Assembly: GCA_963823555.1 (NCBI GenBank)
Contig: CAWGMA010000001.1
Coordinates: 1,504,001-1,568,000, forward strand
Direction: 5' to 3'
Length of the DNA: 64,000 nucleotides
Origin: Candidatus Eiseniibacteriota bacterium
Lineage (GTDB): Bacteria > Eisenbacteria > RBG-16-71-46 > CAVPCR01
A model generated the notes under the pieces. It made no database searches. It saw nothing but the letters and a program-made list of their open reading frames with translations, and was not told where the DNA came from. This document shows, piece after piece, positions 19,119 to 30,600 of the stretch; position 1 is the stretch's first letter; each line of letters begins with the position of its first letter. The position numbers and the translations under genes are program-made.

Positions 19119-22100
19119 ATGGTCCAATCGCGCTTGACGCAGCGGGTTCTCCTGAGCGCCCTGGTGGGGAGTCTCCTCTTCGCCGCACCCGCGCTCGCCG
19201 CTGTGCCCATCTCCAGCTGGGGGTTCGTGACGCTCTTCAGCGATACCACCTACGTGGTCACGACGGACCTGACGGAACCGGCGGGCACACAAGGGGTGAG
19301 CGGCACCGTCGCCATCCGCATCCCGCCATCGGTGCACGACATCGTCATCGAAGGAGGCGGCTTCACGATCGATGGGCGCGATACCGGCGGTAGCCCTGAT
19401 CTCGACATCGGGGTGGCCATGAGCGGCATCGCCTCCGGATCGGTGCGCGACATCGTCATCAGGGATCTCCGCCTCACCGATGTCTCGATCGGCGTGCAGA
19501 TCCAGGATTACGTCTGCCGGGCCGTTGTCGAGGACTGTGAGTTCGCCGCCTGTGTCAACCAGGCGGGGATCGAGCTGGCGAACGTGATCGGCGGCGCCGA
19601 GATGCGCTGGATCACCGTGCGTGACAACTGGTTTCACGATGGCGCCGGCGTTCCGATCCTGGTTCGCAACACCGCCAACGCCGGGCCCGGGGTGGCCGTG
19701 ATGGAACACATCGCCGTCGTCGCCAATGTGGTCCATGACTACCGGCGCTCGCCGGCCTTTCCGGAGCCCTGGAACGCCGCCATCGTGCTCCGGCATGGCG
19801 GCAGCGAGCTGCGGGTCTGGGACAACCTGATGGTGGGAGGGACAGGCGAGTCCGGCGTCTTCATGACCTCGGATGACAGCTCCGACCAGCCCTACGATGC
19901 GGTCTCGATCCGCGGCAACGTGCTGGCCGGAGCGAGCGGCAACGTTCGCTCGGCAGGAGCCCAGAATGCCAGCGGCATCACGCTCGACCGCGTGACGACC
20001 ACGACCGGCGATTTCTCGACCTGGGTGGTCACCGGCAACTACCTCGTCCAGAACGAGGCCTACGGCATCGAGCTCTTGACCGGGACCAACACCCCGGCGA
20101 GCCTGCCCGCGGATGGCAACTGGTGGGGTGAAGACGGCACGGTCACCGGGGCCTTCGGCAACGGAGCCCTCAATACCACGGACGCCTCGCCGCGCGACAT
20201 CGCCGATGGCATCCTCGTCATCCCCTCGCGTTCCGCGGGTGGCGACCGCGCCGTGGCCGCTGTGGGCGGATTCGCCGGGGTCGCTGTCATCCTCAACCAG
20301 AACGACGGGGCACCGGGGATCCGCGGCTTCGATGTCGATTACGATCACACGGCCAGCTTCGCCTACCGACGCACGATCGAGGGCCCCTTCCTCGATCTGC
20401 AGGCGCCGACCGTGCAGTTCTACGACATCCCGCGGATCGGCGGGTCCGGGAACGAGCGCACGGCATCAGCCGCGATCCTGGGCGGCGGCGCCCCCCTGGC
20501 CGTCGGCAACGGAGTGCTCTTCCTGACCGTGCTTGCAGGCACCAGCGAGGACGAGGCGCCGGCCGCCGACTTCCTGCTCCAGGGCGCGGCGCTTCGTGAT
20601 CCCGGGAACTTCCCGGTTGCCATTGCCGCTCTCACCGATGCCGATCGCCCGATCGACGACACACCACCGGCGGCGACCGTCACCCCTCCAGGCGGCAACC
20701 CCTGCGTCGGGAGCGAGACCGCGCCCGTGGGGGTCGCGGTGAGCGACGACTTCGCTCTCGAAGATGTGGCCTACCGCTTCCATCGCATCGATCTGGCTCC
20801 GGGCTGCTGGACGGCCCTCTCGCTCGACGAACCGGGCACTGCCTACACCGGTCCAGCCAGCGTACCTGTGACGTTCGGTTTCGGCGAGGGGACCTATGTG
20901 TTCGAGCTCCTTGCCACGGATGACGCCGGCAATGCCGCCATCGAGAGGCTCTTCCTCTCCTTCGATGAGACGCCTCCGGCGGACTTCACAGGCACCACGA
21001 CCGCGCTCGCCGTTCCCGGTCCCGGCACGCCGGCGGCCGAGGAGGTTCGTTTCACCTGGAACGGCAGCTTCGAGGCTGGCGCCGACCTGAGGCTCCACTA
21101 CCTCCCCTATGGCGGCACACCCGGGAACTACGCTTACCCCGAGTACGACGACGCGGGCCCGGTGCCGGGACCGCACTTCCCGGGCCCCACGGAGGGGACG
21201 GTGATCGATCTCCCCGATGTCGCCTCCGGAAGCGTGGTCATTCCGTTCACGATCGCCGAACGTTCCTACTACTACTTCACCCTCTACGTGTTCGACTGCG
21301 CCGGAAATCCCTCGCCGGGGGCCAGCTCGACCGTGCGCAAGAACGCCCTCAGCTATTACCTGGGCGACTGGGACTCCCACAGCCCACCGGCCTGCCCCGG
21401 GTCGCCCGAGTACACGAGCGGCAACGGCGAGGTCCACTACTGCGATCTGATCGGAATGAGCCGTGCCTTCGCCACGACGCCGAGCGACCCCAACTACTCC
21501 GCCTATGTGGACATCGGTCCGACGACCCCAGGGCCTTCCCCCCGTGATCTACCCGTCACGGACAATGTGATCGACTTCGAGGACCTCATCATCTTCGCGG
21601 TCAACTTCGAGACCGTGTTCCCCTTCGCCGGCGATGACGAGACCGTGCTGGCCGACGAACGGACGGGGCGAATCGGCTCCGTCCGCCTCACCCTCGACGT
21701 GACATCGCGCGAAGAGGACCGAGTGCTGGCCAGGCTGCGGGTCGACGGCGACGTTGAAGAGCTCCTCGGTCTAGAGGCGGTGATCCTGACACCGGGCTTC
21801 GAGCTGGTTCGGGTCCGTCCGGGACCCATCGTGCCGGACTCGCACTTCCTGATCGCCGTGCCGCACAAGGATGGATGGACCTTCAACCTCGCCCTGCTCG
21901 GACCGGAGGCACGACTGGCAACCGCGGGCGTGGTGGGCGAGATCGAGCTCCGGCCCACGGGGAGCCTGGATGAACCCACATGCCGCCTTCAGAGCCACAA
22001 GCTCCGCGACCGCCGGAATCGCGAGCTGGATGGGTCCGGAGGCGTTGCGGCGGTGGGAACCGGGCCCCCCGCGAGCGACATTCCACGCACCTTCGCCCTG

Positions 22101-22349
22101 GCCGAGCCCGTTCCTAACCCGGCCAATCCGGTCACGAGCATCAATTTCTCTGTGCCGGGCCGCTCCGAGCTGAGGATTCACGTCTATGACGCGGCAGGTC
22201 GGCTCGTGGCGCGTCTTTTCGAGGGCATCGCCGAACCCGGCGAGCACACGGTGACATGGCGCGCCGACGAGCATGCCAGCGGCATGTACCTGATCGAGAT
22301 GACGGCGGGTGAATTCCGCGCGGTGCGGAAGGCGCTCATCATCAAGTAG
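19119..22349 (+). CDS. Secreted modular protein A2, full-length tandem paralogue of A1
   Basis: Colinear with A1 (PISSWG, WITVRDNW, NWWGEDGT, PGIRGFDVDYD, PGPGTPAAEEV, NYAYPEYDD, YYLGDWD, DNVIDFEDL); GAGGAGG RBS before the ATG at 19119; CTD ends RKALIIK. Confidence 0.85.
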   Translation: MVQSRLTQRVLLSALVGSLLFAAPALAAVPISSWGFVTLFSDTTYVVTTDLTEPAGTQGVSGTVAIRIPPSVHDIVIEGGGFTIDGRDTGGSPDLDIGVAMSGIASGSVRDIVIRDLRLTDVSIGVQIQDYVCRAVVEDCEFAACVNQAGIELANVIGGAEMRWITVRDNWFHDGAGVPILVRNTANAGPGVAVMEHIAVVANVVHDYRRSPAFPEPWNAAIVLRHGGSELRVWDNLMVGGTGESGVFMTSDDSSDQPYDAVSIRGNVLAGASGNVRSAGAQNASGITLDRVTTTTGDFSTWVVTGNYLVQNEAYGIELLTGTNTPASLPADGNWWGEDGTVTGAFGNGALNTTDASPRDIADGILVIPSRSAGGDRAVAAVGGFAGVAVILNQNDGAPGIRGFDVDYDHTASFAYRRTIEGPFLDLQAPTVQFYDIPRIGGSGNERTASAAILGGGAPLAVGNGVLFLTVLAGTSEDEAPAADFLLQGAALRDPGNFPVAIAALTDADRPIDDTPPAATVTPPGGNPCVGSETAPVGVAVSDDFALEDVAYRFHRIDLAPGCWTALSLDEPGTAYTGPASVPVTFGFGEGTYVFELLATDDAGNAAIERLFLSFDETPPADFTGTTTALAVPGPGTPAAEEVRFTWNGSFEAGADLRLHYLPYGGTPGNYAYPEYDDAGPVPGPHFPGPTEGTVIDLPDVASGSVVIPFTIAERSYYYFTLYVFDCAGNPSPGASSTVRKNALSYYLGDWDSHSPPACPGSPEYTSGNGEVHYCDLIGMSRAFATTPSDPNYSAYVDIGPTTPGPSPRDLPVTDNVIDFEDLIIFAVNFETVFPFAGDDETVLADERTGRIGSVRLTLDVTSREEDRVLARLRVDGDVEELLGLEAVILTPGFELVRVRPGPIVPDSHFLIAVPHKDGWTFNLALLGPEARLATAGVVGEIELRPTGSLDEPTCRLQSHKLRDRRNRELDGSGGVAAVGTGPPASDIPRTFALAEPVPNPANPVTSINFSVPGRSELRIHVYDAAGRLVARLFEGIAEPGEHTVTWRADEHASGMYLIEMTAGEFRAVRKALIIK

Positions 22350-22359
22350 GAGGTCGGTG

Positions 22360-23130
22360 ATGGCACGATTCCTTGCGCTGATTGCAGTCGCCTCACTAGC
22401 CGGGATGCTGGCGGTGACCGTGGCCCTCGCCGAACCGATCGTCTACCTGCGCCCCTTGTGCCTGGACATCCAGGCTGGGCAGACCCTGACGGTGCACCTC
22501 AGCGTGGGCGACACCGGGGATGAGATCAGCTGCTTCTATGCGGTGATCGCGTACGATCCAGCCAGGATCGTCATCAACGATGTCACCGAGGGCGGTCTCT
22601 ACGTGTCGACATCCGAGCCGACCTATCCGGGCTGGACGGCGACGGCGCCCGATTCCTTCGAGGTCTACAACTGCATCCTGGGTTCGGGAACGTTCGTGCT
22701 CGGACCGGGCGATCTCGCCGACATCGAGGTCGAGGGGCTCGTCACCGGGCCGGCGCCGATGACGATCAGCTTCATCGACATCCGGGACCGGAACCGGGAC
22801 TCCTACCCCACGCTCTTTGTCGTCAATTGCGGCACGACCGGGCTTCCGGCGGAAGCCGAGACGCCGGCGATCGCGCCGCGCCTCAGGGTCGCGCCGAACC
22901 CGGCACCGGGCCGAGCTCGGATCGAGCTTCTCGGCCCGGTGCCGGCGGGGAGCGTCGACATCTACGATGTCGCCGGCCGGCTCTGCCGCAGCCTCGGTGT
23001 CGCTGCCGGCGGCGCCGTTCTCCGCTGGGATGGTCGTGACGACCACGGCCGCAACCTGCCGCCCGGGATGTACCTGATCCGGGGCGGTGAGAAGGGGGAA
23101 CTTGGAACCAAGTTGCTTCTGATTCGCTAG
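22360..23130 (+). CDS. Secreted single-cohesin protein with FlgD/T9SS-type CTD
   Basis: Signal peptide; GQTLTVHLSV..FYAVIAYDPARIVINDVTEGGL..GPGDLADIEVEG..IRD (cohesin pattern); CTD APNP..IYDVAGR..WDGRDDHG..GMYLIR..KLLLIR; AGGAGG RBS. Confidence 0.8.
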   Translation: MARFLALIAVASLAGMLAVTVALAEPIVYLRPLCLDIQAGQTLTVHLSVGDTGDEISCFYAVIAYDPARIVINDVTEGGLYVSTSEPTYPGWTATAPDSFEVYNCILGSGTFVLGPGDLADIEVEGLVTGPAPMTISFIDIRDRNRDSYPTLFVVNCGTTGLPAEAETPAIAPRLRVAPNPAPGRARIELLGPVPAGSVDIYDVAGRLCRSLGVAAGGAVLRWDGRDDHGRNLPPGMYLIRGGEKGELGTKLLLIR

Positions 23131-23214
23131 GAGGGCGCACGGCCGCTCGGCCGCCAGAGCCCCTGCTTCCCATCGCCCCCTGGCCGCTCATGGGGACACA
23201 GTGAGGAGAGGATC

Positions 23215-26200
23215 ATGCACAAGCCGCAACTGATCTTGCTGTCTTCTGCCATCGCCCTGGTGCTGGCCGCCGCCGTGGCGGCGGCTCCAGTGGCCACGCG
23301 CTTAAGCGAGAACCCGGATGACATCGTGGGTCCTCCCATGGCCGTCCGCGGTTTCTCGCCGCTGTCGGTGCTCGGGAGCCCGGCCAATCTCGATGATGGG
23401 ATCCAGCTCGGAGGCGACTACGGGCGGCGCATGCAGGCGGACGTCACCGAGGACAATGCCGGCAATGGAGGGGGCGATTCGGATCCTGACGATGCCGGAT
23501 GGGACTGGGTGCGCACCTCGCCTCCCGATCCCTACGAACACTCGGCGACGGCAAGCCCCACGAACCTCTACGGCGTCTGCTCCCTCGGGCTCTACTACGC
23601 GCATCTGCGCAATCCCGGCGACGCCGGCATCCTGCAGGCCATGACCGACGCCGCCGTGTGGAGCAGGAACGCTGGGAGCGGGAGCATCCGCACCTCTGCC
23701 GACATGATCTTCCTCATGCTGTATGCGGATCTGGTGACGGATAACACCTTCGCAGATGCGGCCAAGGCCAAGATGGATGCCCGAATCGCGGCCGCGGGCA
23801 CCAACGGGACCGATCTCGCTGTCTACATTCGAGATCTCCGCGGCGTCACGCAGAACTACCCCAACGGCATCATTGCCTGGGACATCGGGGCCTATGTCGT
23901 GGCCTGTCAGATGCTCTTCGACGCGGGCTACGGATCACCTTATGACACCTGGGCCGACCAGATGGCCGAGGTGCTGTGGCAGGATTCGTTCAACGATGAC
24001 CCCGGTCTCTTCGATGTCGTCGATGACGCCGGCTGGGATCCCACCTACACCAATCGCAACTTCTGGTGGTACAACCTCGGCATCTCGGGCCTGATCGACG
24101 CCTTCGAGACGTCAGGTGTCCACACCGCCGAGATCCCGGGCCTGGTCCAGCGCATCCTCGACAGCCAGGCTTCCACGGGGGCGATCTGCTTCAGCTATGG
24201 CGTCCATGCGGATGACGAGGACTGGCAATCGACGGCCTACGCGGCCATGTCCCTCGCTCGTCACGACAAGCCGACCTACCAGCTCGATATCAGCCACATG
24301 GCCTACTACATGGCCGCCACCCAGGATCCGACCCACGGCTCCTGGCTCTACTCCGGCGGTGACCACTATCCGGAGGTTTGCCTCGAGAACGTCTCGGGCA
24401 TGTACTTCGGCGAGCCACCCACGGAGGTTCTCGTCGACGACGACTTCGTCGATCAGGATGCGGTGGATACCTACAACGCCGCCAACAGCACCAGCTACGT
24501 CCTCGGCTACGACGCCTTCGACAACATCCAGGATGGCGTCAATGCCGTCTCCGGCAGCACGGTCAACGTGCTTCCGGGGACGTATGAGCAGCAGGTGGTG
24601 ATCACGACCAATAACCTCGTTCTTGCCGGGTCCGGCGTCGGCAGCACGATCATCAAGTCGCCGGTAAGTCTCGCCGCCTCATTCAACACCGGGGTCAGCA
24701 ATTACCCGGTGGTATTCATCAACGGAGCGACGGGAGTCACGATCCAGGACCTCACCGTCGACGGTTTCGGCCGCGGGAACTCGAACTACCGCTTCATCGG
24801 TATCGCCTACTGGAATGCCGGTGGGACGATCCAGGACTGTCGCATCACTGGTATACGTGAGGCGCCGCTTAGCGGGAATCAGCACGGGGTCGGCATCTAT
24901 AGCTACAACAACACCGGTGGTCCATACGCCTTGAACGTCCTTGCCACGACAGTTGATGACTACCAGAAGAACGCAATGGCGCTTTCCGGGGATGGCATGG
25001 TCGTAAGCGTGGCCAACTGCACTACGGTTGGTTCCGGAGATCTAGGCTTGGGACTGCCGGCTCAGAATGGCATCCAGGTCAGCTATGGAGCCAGCGGTTC
25101 GGTTTCATCCACCTCCATCTCCAATATGCGGTATACGCCGGCGACATGGGTGGCCAGCGGGGTTCTGGTCTATCTGCCTGGTGACGCAGTCACCCTCAGC
25201 AGCCTGAGCGGAGCCAACGCGATCACCAACGTGCAGGCTCCGATCAGCTGGTACGACGGATCCGGATCAATGACTGATGTGGAGACGGTCGGCGGATCGG
25301 ACTTTGGACCTGTGTACATCGAGAATGCTTCGACGGTCTCCAAGACTGCCGAGTCGAGTCCGCGGCGCTCCGAACCTCTTTCAGAGGAACGCCAGCAGTC
25401 GGGACCGCCCGTGGCAACGAGCTTCAGCGTTAGCGTTTCCGGAAGCTGCTTCACGGGCACCGGGGTTACCGGGACCGCGGGCGTTTATGCCTACTCAGCG
25501 GGCATGCCACTCAGTGTCTTGGTAAACAACACTACGCTCAGCAACTGGGACTATGGCCTTGTCGCTGATGGCGCAGCCGTCAACCTGACCGCCCAGGACA
25601 ACTCGATTTCCGGGAATGTCAGCGCCGGCTTCGACAACACGCTGAGCCTCGCCGCCCAGGATGCAGAGTACAACTGGTGGGGTCATGTTGGCGGACCGGC
25701 CGGGGGCGGAGACCTTGTCCTCGGTACCGGGGTTGATTACACGCCGTGGCGCACGGACGGCACGAGCACCACGCTCTGCGCCTTTACCCCGGCCAACACC
25801 AACGCGGTTACGCCCGGACCGGCGCCGAGCTGCATCTCGACGGTGAATCCGTGCGTCACCATCCCGGTCGACATCGCGCGGAGTGACAACGCGAATCTCC
25901 GTGGTTTCAGCATCCAGGTCACGCTCTCCTCGGAGCTGGCGCTGTGCGGATCCGGGATCAGCGAGGGCACTTACCTGAGCGGCATCGGTGGCACGAACTT
26001 CCAGGTCACGGGATCCAATCCCTACACCGTGGACTGTGCCATCCTCGGCGGCACGTGCGGCGCAACGGCGCCAACCGGCAATCTTTTCAACCTGAATGTG
26101 ACGAGCGCGAGCCCGACAGCCACTGGAACCATCAGCATCACGGGCGTCACGCTGCGCGACTGCGTCAACCAGCCCATTCCGGGTTCGCCCGGCACGCCAC

Positions 26201-27533
26201 TCTCGATCACGATCGACAACACGCCGCCGGTGGCGGTCACGAACCTCACGGCCACGCAGGTCAAGGCCGCGAATGACTCGGATGGCACGACGAAGATCAC
26301 CCTCAACTTCACCGTCCCGGGAGACGCGGCGGTGACCGAGGTCTACCGGGCGCCCTACGGGAACTATCCCGAGTACGACGACCCGACGCCGACTCCGGGC
26401 GCCGTGCCGAGCGCTCCCTCCTATCCGCCGGCTGCACCCTGGGCTCCGACCGGCGTCACGGGAACCGGGCAGACCGATGAGGTGGCCTGGCCGGCGCGTG
26501 ACTTCTGGTACTACGCCGTCTTCACCAAGGACGCCTGCGGCAACGTGTCCGCGGTCTCGAACATGACCGACGGAACGCTCAACTACCACCTCGGCGATGT
26601 CACGGCACGCCTCCGGCGCAGGGGACAATGTGGTCGGTTACCGTGGACATCTCGCTCCTCGGAGCTCACTACGGCATCACCCTCATTCCCAACGATCCAT
26701 TCAACTACCTCGACGTCGGTCCCACCACCGACTACTCGGTGGATGCCCGGCCGACGACGGACAACCTCATCAACTTCGAGGACCTGATCGTCTTCGCCAT
26801 CAACTACGAACTGGTCGGCAAGAACGCAGCCCCATCCGGTATCAACGACATCCCGGACGGCAGACCGACGCTCGTGCTCCGCACCGAGGCGACGGCCGAT
26901 GGCATCCTCGCCCACCTCGTCCTCGCGGATAACCCGGGCAGCGTGAAGGGTATCCACGCCGTGATCGAGTCCGACCCAGGGCTCGCCCTGGTCACGGTCG
27001 AAGAGGGAGCTCTTCTCGCGGGCCAGGAGGACATCTTCTTCCGCCATCTGGCCGAAGGCGGTACCGGCATCCATGCCGCGGCGCTCGGCAACGGGGTCGC
27101 GATCCACGGCTCCGGCGAGGTCGCCACGCTCCGCTATCGCGGTCGCGGCGACGTGCGCCTGGCGGTGACCGATCTCCGCGATCTCGACAATCGCTTCCTC
27201 GGTGATCCGCCGACGACGACGGCGGTGGCCGAGGCGGCACAGGCCGTGATCCCCGAGCGCTTCGCGCTCCTCGCGGCCCAGCCCAATCCCTTCAACCCGT
27301 CGACCACGCTCCGCTTCAACCTGCCGGTGGCCTCGCACGCCACGCTCGCGATCTACGACGTGAGCGGGCAGCTGGTGCGCATGCTCGTCGACGGCGATCT
27401 ACAACCGGGCGAGTTCTCCGCCTACTGGGACGGCCGGAACGGCCGGGGCCAGACGGTGAGCTCGGGTGTGTATCTGGTGCGGATGCGGGCCGGCAGTTTC
27501 GAGGCCACGCAGAAGCTCCAGCTCCTCAAGTAA
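23215..27533 (+). CDS. Secreted modular protein B1: alpha/alpha-toroid-like, beta-helix, cohesin-like, FN3-like (YPEYDD), dockerin-like, cohesin-like, CTD; two indels at about 26605-26640
   Basis: ORF 23215..26787 matches the paralogues up to NYHLGDVT; SGAGDNVV follows in a second frame and TVDISLLGAHYG..DNLINFEDL..KLQLLK in a third (ORF 26628..27533). Confidence 0.8.
26865..27533 (+). repeat. Cohesin + CTD coding segment highly similar at DNA level to 30960..31634 (more loosely to 37440..38107)
   Basis: Shared strings such as ggcatcctcgcccacctcgt, cccaatcccttcaa, ggccagacggtgagctc, ttcgaggccacgcagaagctcca; differences mostly at third codon positions. Confidence 0.8.
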
Positions 27534-27542
27534 GAACGATCC

Positions 27543-27575
27543 GGGGCGGGGAGCTTCTGCGCTCCCCGCCCCTTT
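27543..27575 (+). terminator. Strong stem-loop after B1 (partial terminator or RNA-stabilising hairpin)
   Basis: GGGGCGGGGAGC-ttctgc-GCTCCCCGCCCC (12-bp stem) followed by only TTT. Confidence 0.6.
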
Positions 27576-27620
27576 CGACTCCGCGACCGCCGGGCGGAGC
27601 CCACAAGGAGGACAGGGCCG

Positions 27621-30600
27621 ATGCAATCACACTCACGCTTCTGGATTCCGGTGCTGATCATGATGGTCGCCGTTGCGGCCATCACGCTGCCCCCGACCAG
27701 CGCCGGCGCACGTGTTTCCCCGACCGAAGATGCGCCGGGGGGCGCCGACCTCGATCGCACCCCGGTCGAGACTCCGGGCGACGCCAGCGATGTGAAGAAC
27801 CTCGCTACCGGTCTGTTCTACGACAGCGTGGCCCTGGCTCTGGCCGACCCCCTCACACTCGACGGTCATACGCTGGAAGTGCAGAGCAGCTATGCGGAGG
27901 GCCTGGTCGACGTCAACAAGGCGGTCACCATCCAGGGGCTCTTGGGATCCGAGGTCATCACGCCGACCACGAACACCGGGAGCTCGGGTGACGCTCGTGG
28001 CTGGTTCCTTGTCACCGTTCCCGGAGTGACCATCAAGAACCTCAACTTCGATGGCACCGGCTTTCTCATTCAGCAGGCGGTCCGCTGCCTCGAGGATGTC
28101 GTCATCGAAGACTGCTCGTTCTCGAACATCAGCTACTCCCTCTACACCGGCATCGGAGTGGTCGGATTCAAGATTACGACGGTCAATCGATGCAGCTTTG
28201 CCAACATCGAGCGCATCGGCATCATCCTCTTCGGGCTCGACGCCAATGGGTTCGTCAACGAGTGTACCTACACCGGGAAGGGCATCGTCGACGGCCTCGA
28301 CTACGGAATCGAGCTGGGCGGAGGAGCCATCGCCGCTCTGTACAACAACACGATCACCAATTGCCTGGGAGTCGCATCGAGCGACGGCTCGACCTCGGCT
28401 GCCACCCTCATCACGACCTACTTCGGCCTGGGGACCATGGGAGATGTCTCCCATAACTTCCTCAACAACAACACAGCTGCGATTGCGGCCGGATATGATG
28501 CGGCCGACGAGTCGATGGTGATGGCTTACGAGAACGACTTCTCAGGGAACCTATCCTACGGTGTCGAGAACACTTCGTCGATCAGGATCACGGACGCCTC
28601 CGCCAACTGGTGGGGCACCAATGACCGCACCACGGTCGCGTCCCTGACCTCGGGCACCGTCGACTACACGCCCTGGACCGATGTGGGCACCGACACATCG
28701 GCGGATCCTGGCTTCCAGCCCGACCTCTCGACGCTCCACGTCGATGCCGCAAGCCCACAACTGGGCTCTAGCATCCTGCAAGAGGCCATCCAGCTCGTAA
28801 GCGGTAGCACCGTCATCGCAGGGCCTGGCACCTACGTCGGGGGTATCAACCTCAACAAGTCGGTAACGCTCCTTGGCGCTCAGAGCGGCGTTCCGGCATG
28901 TGGCCGCGTGGTCGGCCCGCCGAATCCGGCGGTCGAATCGATCATCACCGGCGGCGGGACGCCCCTACTCAAGCTCCTCGGCGGCTGCGCCGGCAGCGTG
29001 ATCGACGGCTTCGCCTTCATCGGCGGCGCCAAGGGCATCGAATCCAGCTCCGGCCCGATCAACAACGTGCAGATCCTGAACAACCACATTGCCGGCTTCA
29101 CGGGCAGCGGCGTCTTCTTGAACGATTCGGGAACCGACATTACCGTGGATCAAAACAACATCGATGGATCGAGCCAGACGGGCGCCGGTGGTATCTTCCA
29201 CCTCGATCAGGACAACTTCGATGGGTTGCACTTCACCAGCAACTGCGTCCTCAATTCCGTCAACGGTACCGGCCTCTTCGTCGATGGCAATCACAATGTC
29301 GGCGCCAGCGGGCTTCGCACGCCGCTCATCGACGGCAACCAGTTCACCGCCAATAACACAGGAACGAATCTCGGACGGTTTGCGTTCGAGTTCGGAACCA
29401 TCAGCAACAACACCTTCTCCGGGAGTGGGTTTGACGGATTGCAGGGCGGCATCCAGAACACGGCGATCACGGGCAACACCTTCTCCGGGAACGGCCGTTT
29501 CGGACTCGCCCTGACCGGTTTCGGAGGCAGCAGTGATCCCACGCGCGGAGCACAGAACTGCACCATCACGGGGAACAGCTTCACCAGCAATGTGAGCGCG
29601 GGGCTGCTGTTCAGCGGGAGTCAGTACCCTGGCACCATCTCGACGAACATCGCCAACAACAACAACTTCACCGGAAACATCGGCCCAGGCGCGTCGTATT
29701 CGGGCACCGAGACCCTGGATCTCACCTGCAACTGGTGGAGTGACCTGGGCGGCCCGGACTACTCGCCGACCAATCCCAATCCGCCTGGAGACGCAATCGT
29801 CGCGGCCAGCGCGCTTTTCGCCCCGTGGCTGAACGGCGCTGCTCCGGGCGGCAGCTGTGACCAGTACGGCAACAATACGATCGCGGCGAACACGACGGGG
29901 CTCTGCATCTCGACGGCGACGACCTGCGTGACCGTGCCGGTCGAGTTCAACCGGCTCGACGCGAGCCCGGCCCGCGCCGTGAGCGTCACGATCCAGCTCA
30001 GCTCGAACATCGAGCTGTGCGGCGCCATCACCCAGGGCACCTGGATCGGGCCCTACAACTCGGTCTTCCAGGTCATCGACAACACCGGTGGATCCTACAC
30101 CGTGGATCAATCGATCCTCGGCACACCCTGCGGGATCACGACCGGGGGCACCCTCTTCACGGTGCCGGTCCGGAAGACCACGGCCGCCGGCGACGGCACG
30201 GGAACCATCACCGTGACCGCAGCCGATGTCCGTGATTGCGGTAATCCCGCTGTGACGCTGCCGGGCATTGCTGGCGCCCCGGCCTCGATTCCGATCGACA
30301 TCACGGCCCCGGCGGCGGTGGCGCTGACCGCCGCTCAGGATCTCACCTCGAACGGCACCGACGGCACGACCTCGATCGATGTCACCGTCCCCAACACGGT
30401 GGTCGCGGGCGACGAGGTCCGCGTCTACCGCAAGGGCTTCGGCAACTACCCGGAGTACGATGACCCGCCCAGTCCGGGTGCGGTGCCCATGATACCCACC
30501 ACGGAGGCAGCGGCGCTGGGCACGGGCTGGACCCTCGCCTTCTCGACCACCGGTCCCTACCCCATCACGGTCCCGAACGAGCCCACGACCCGGGACTTCT

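Noticed and set aside
26597..27533. Separate 301-aa dockerin/cohesin gene at 26628
   Set aside because: No RBS or signal peptide; alignment with B2 and B3 shows it is the frameshifted tail of B1
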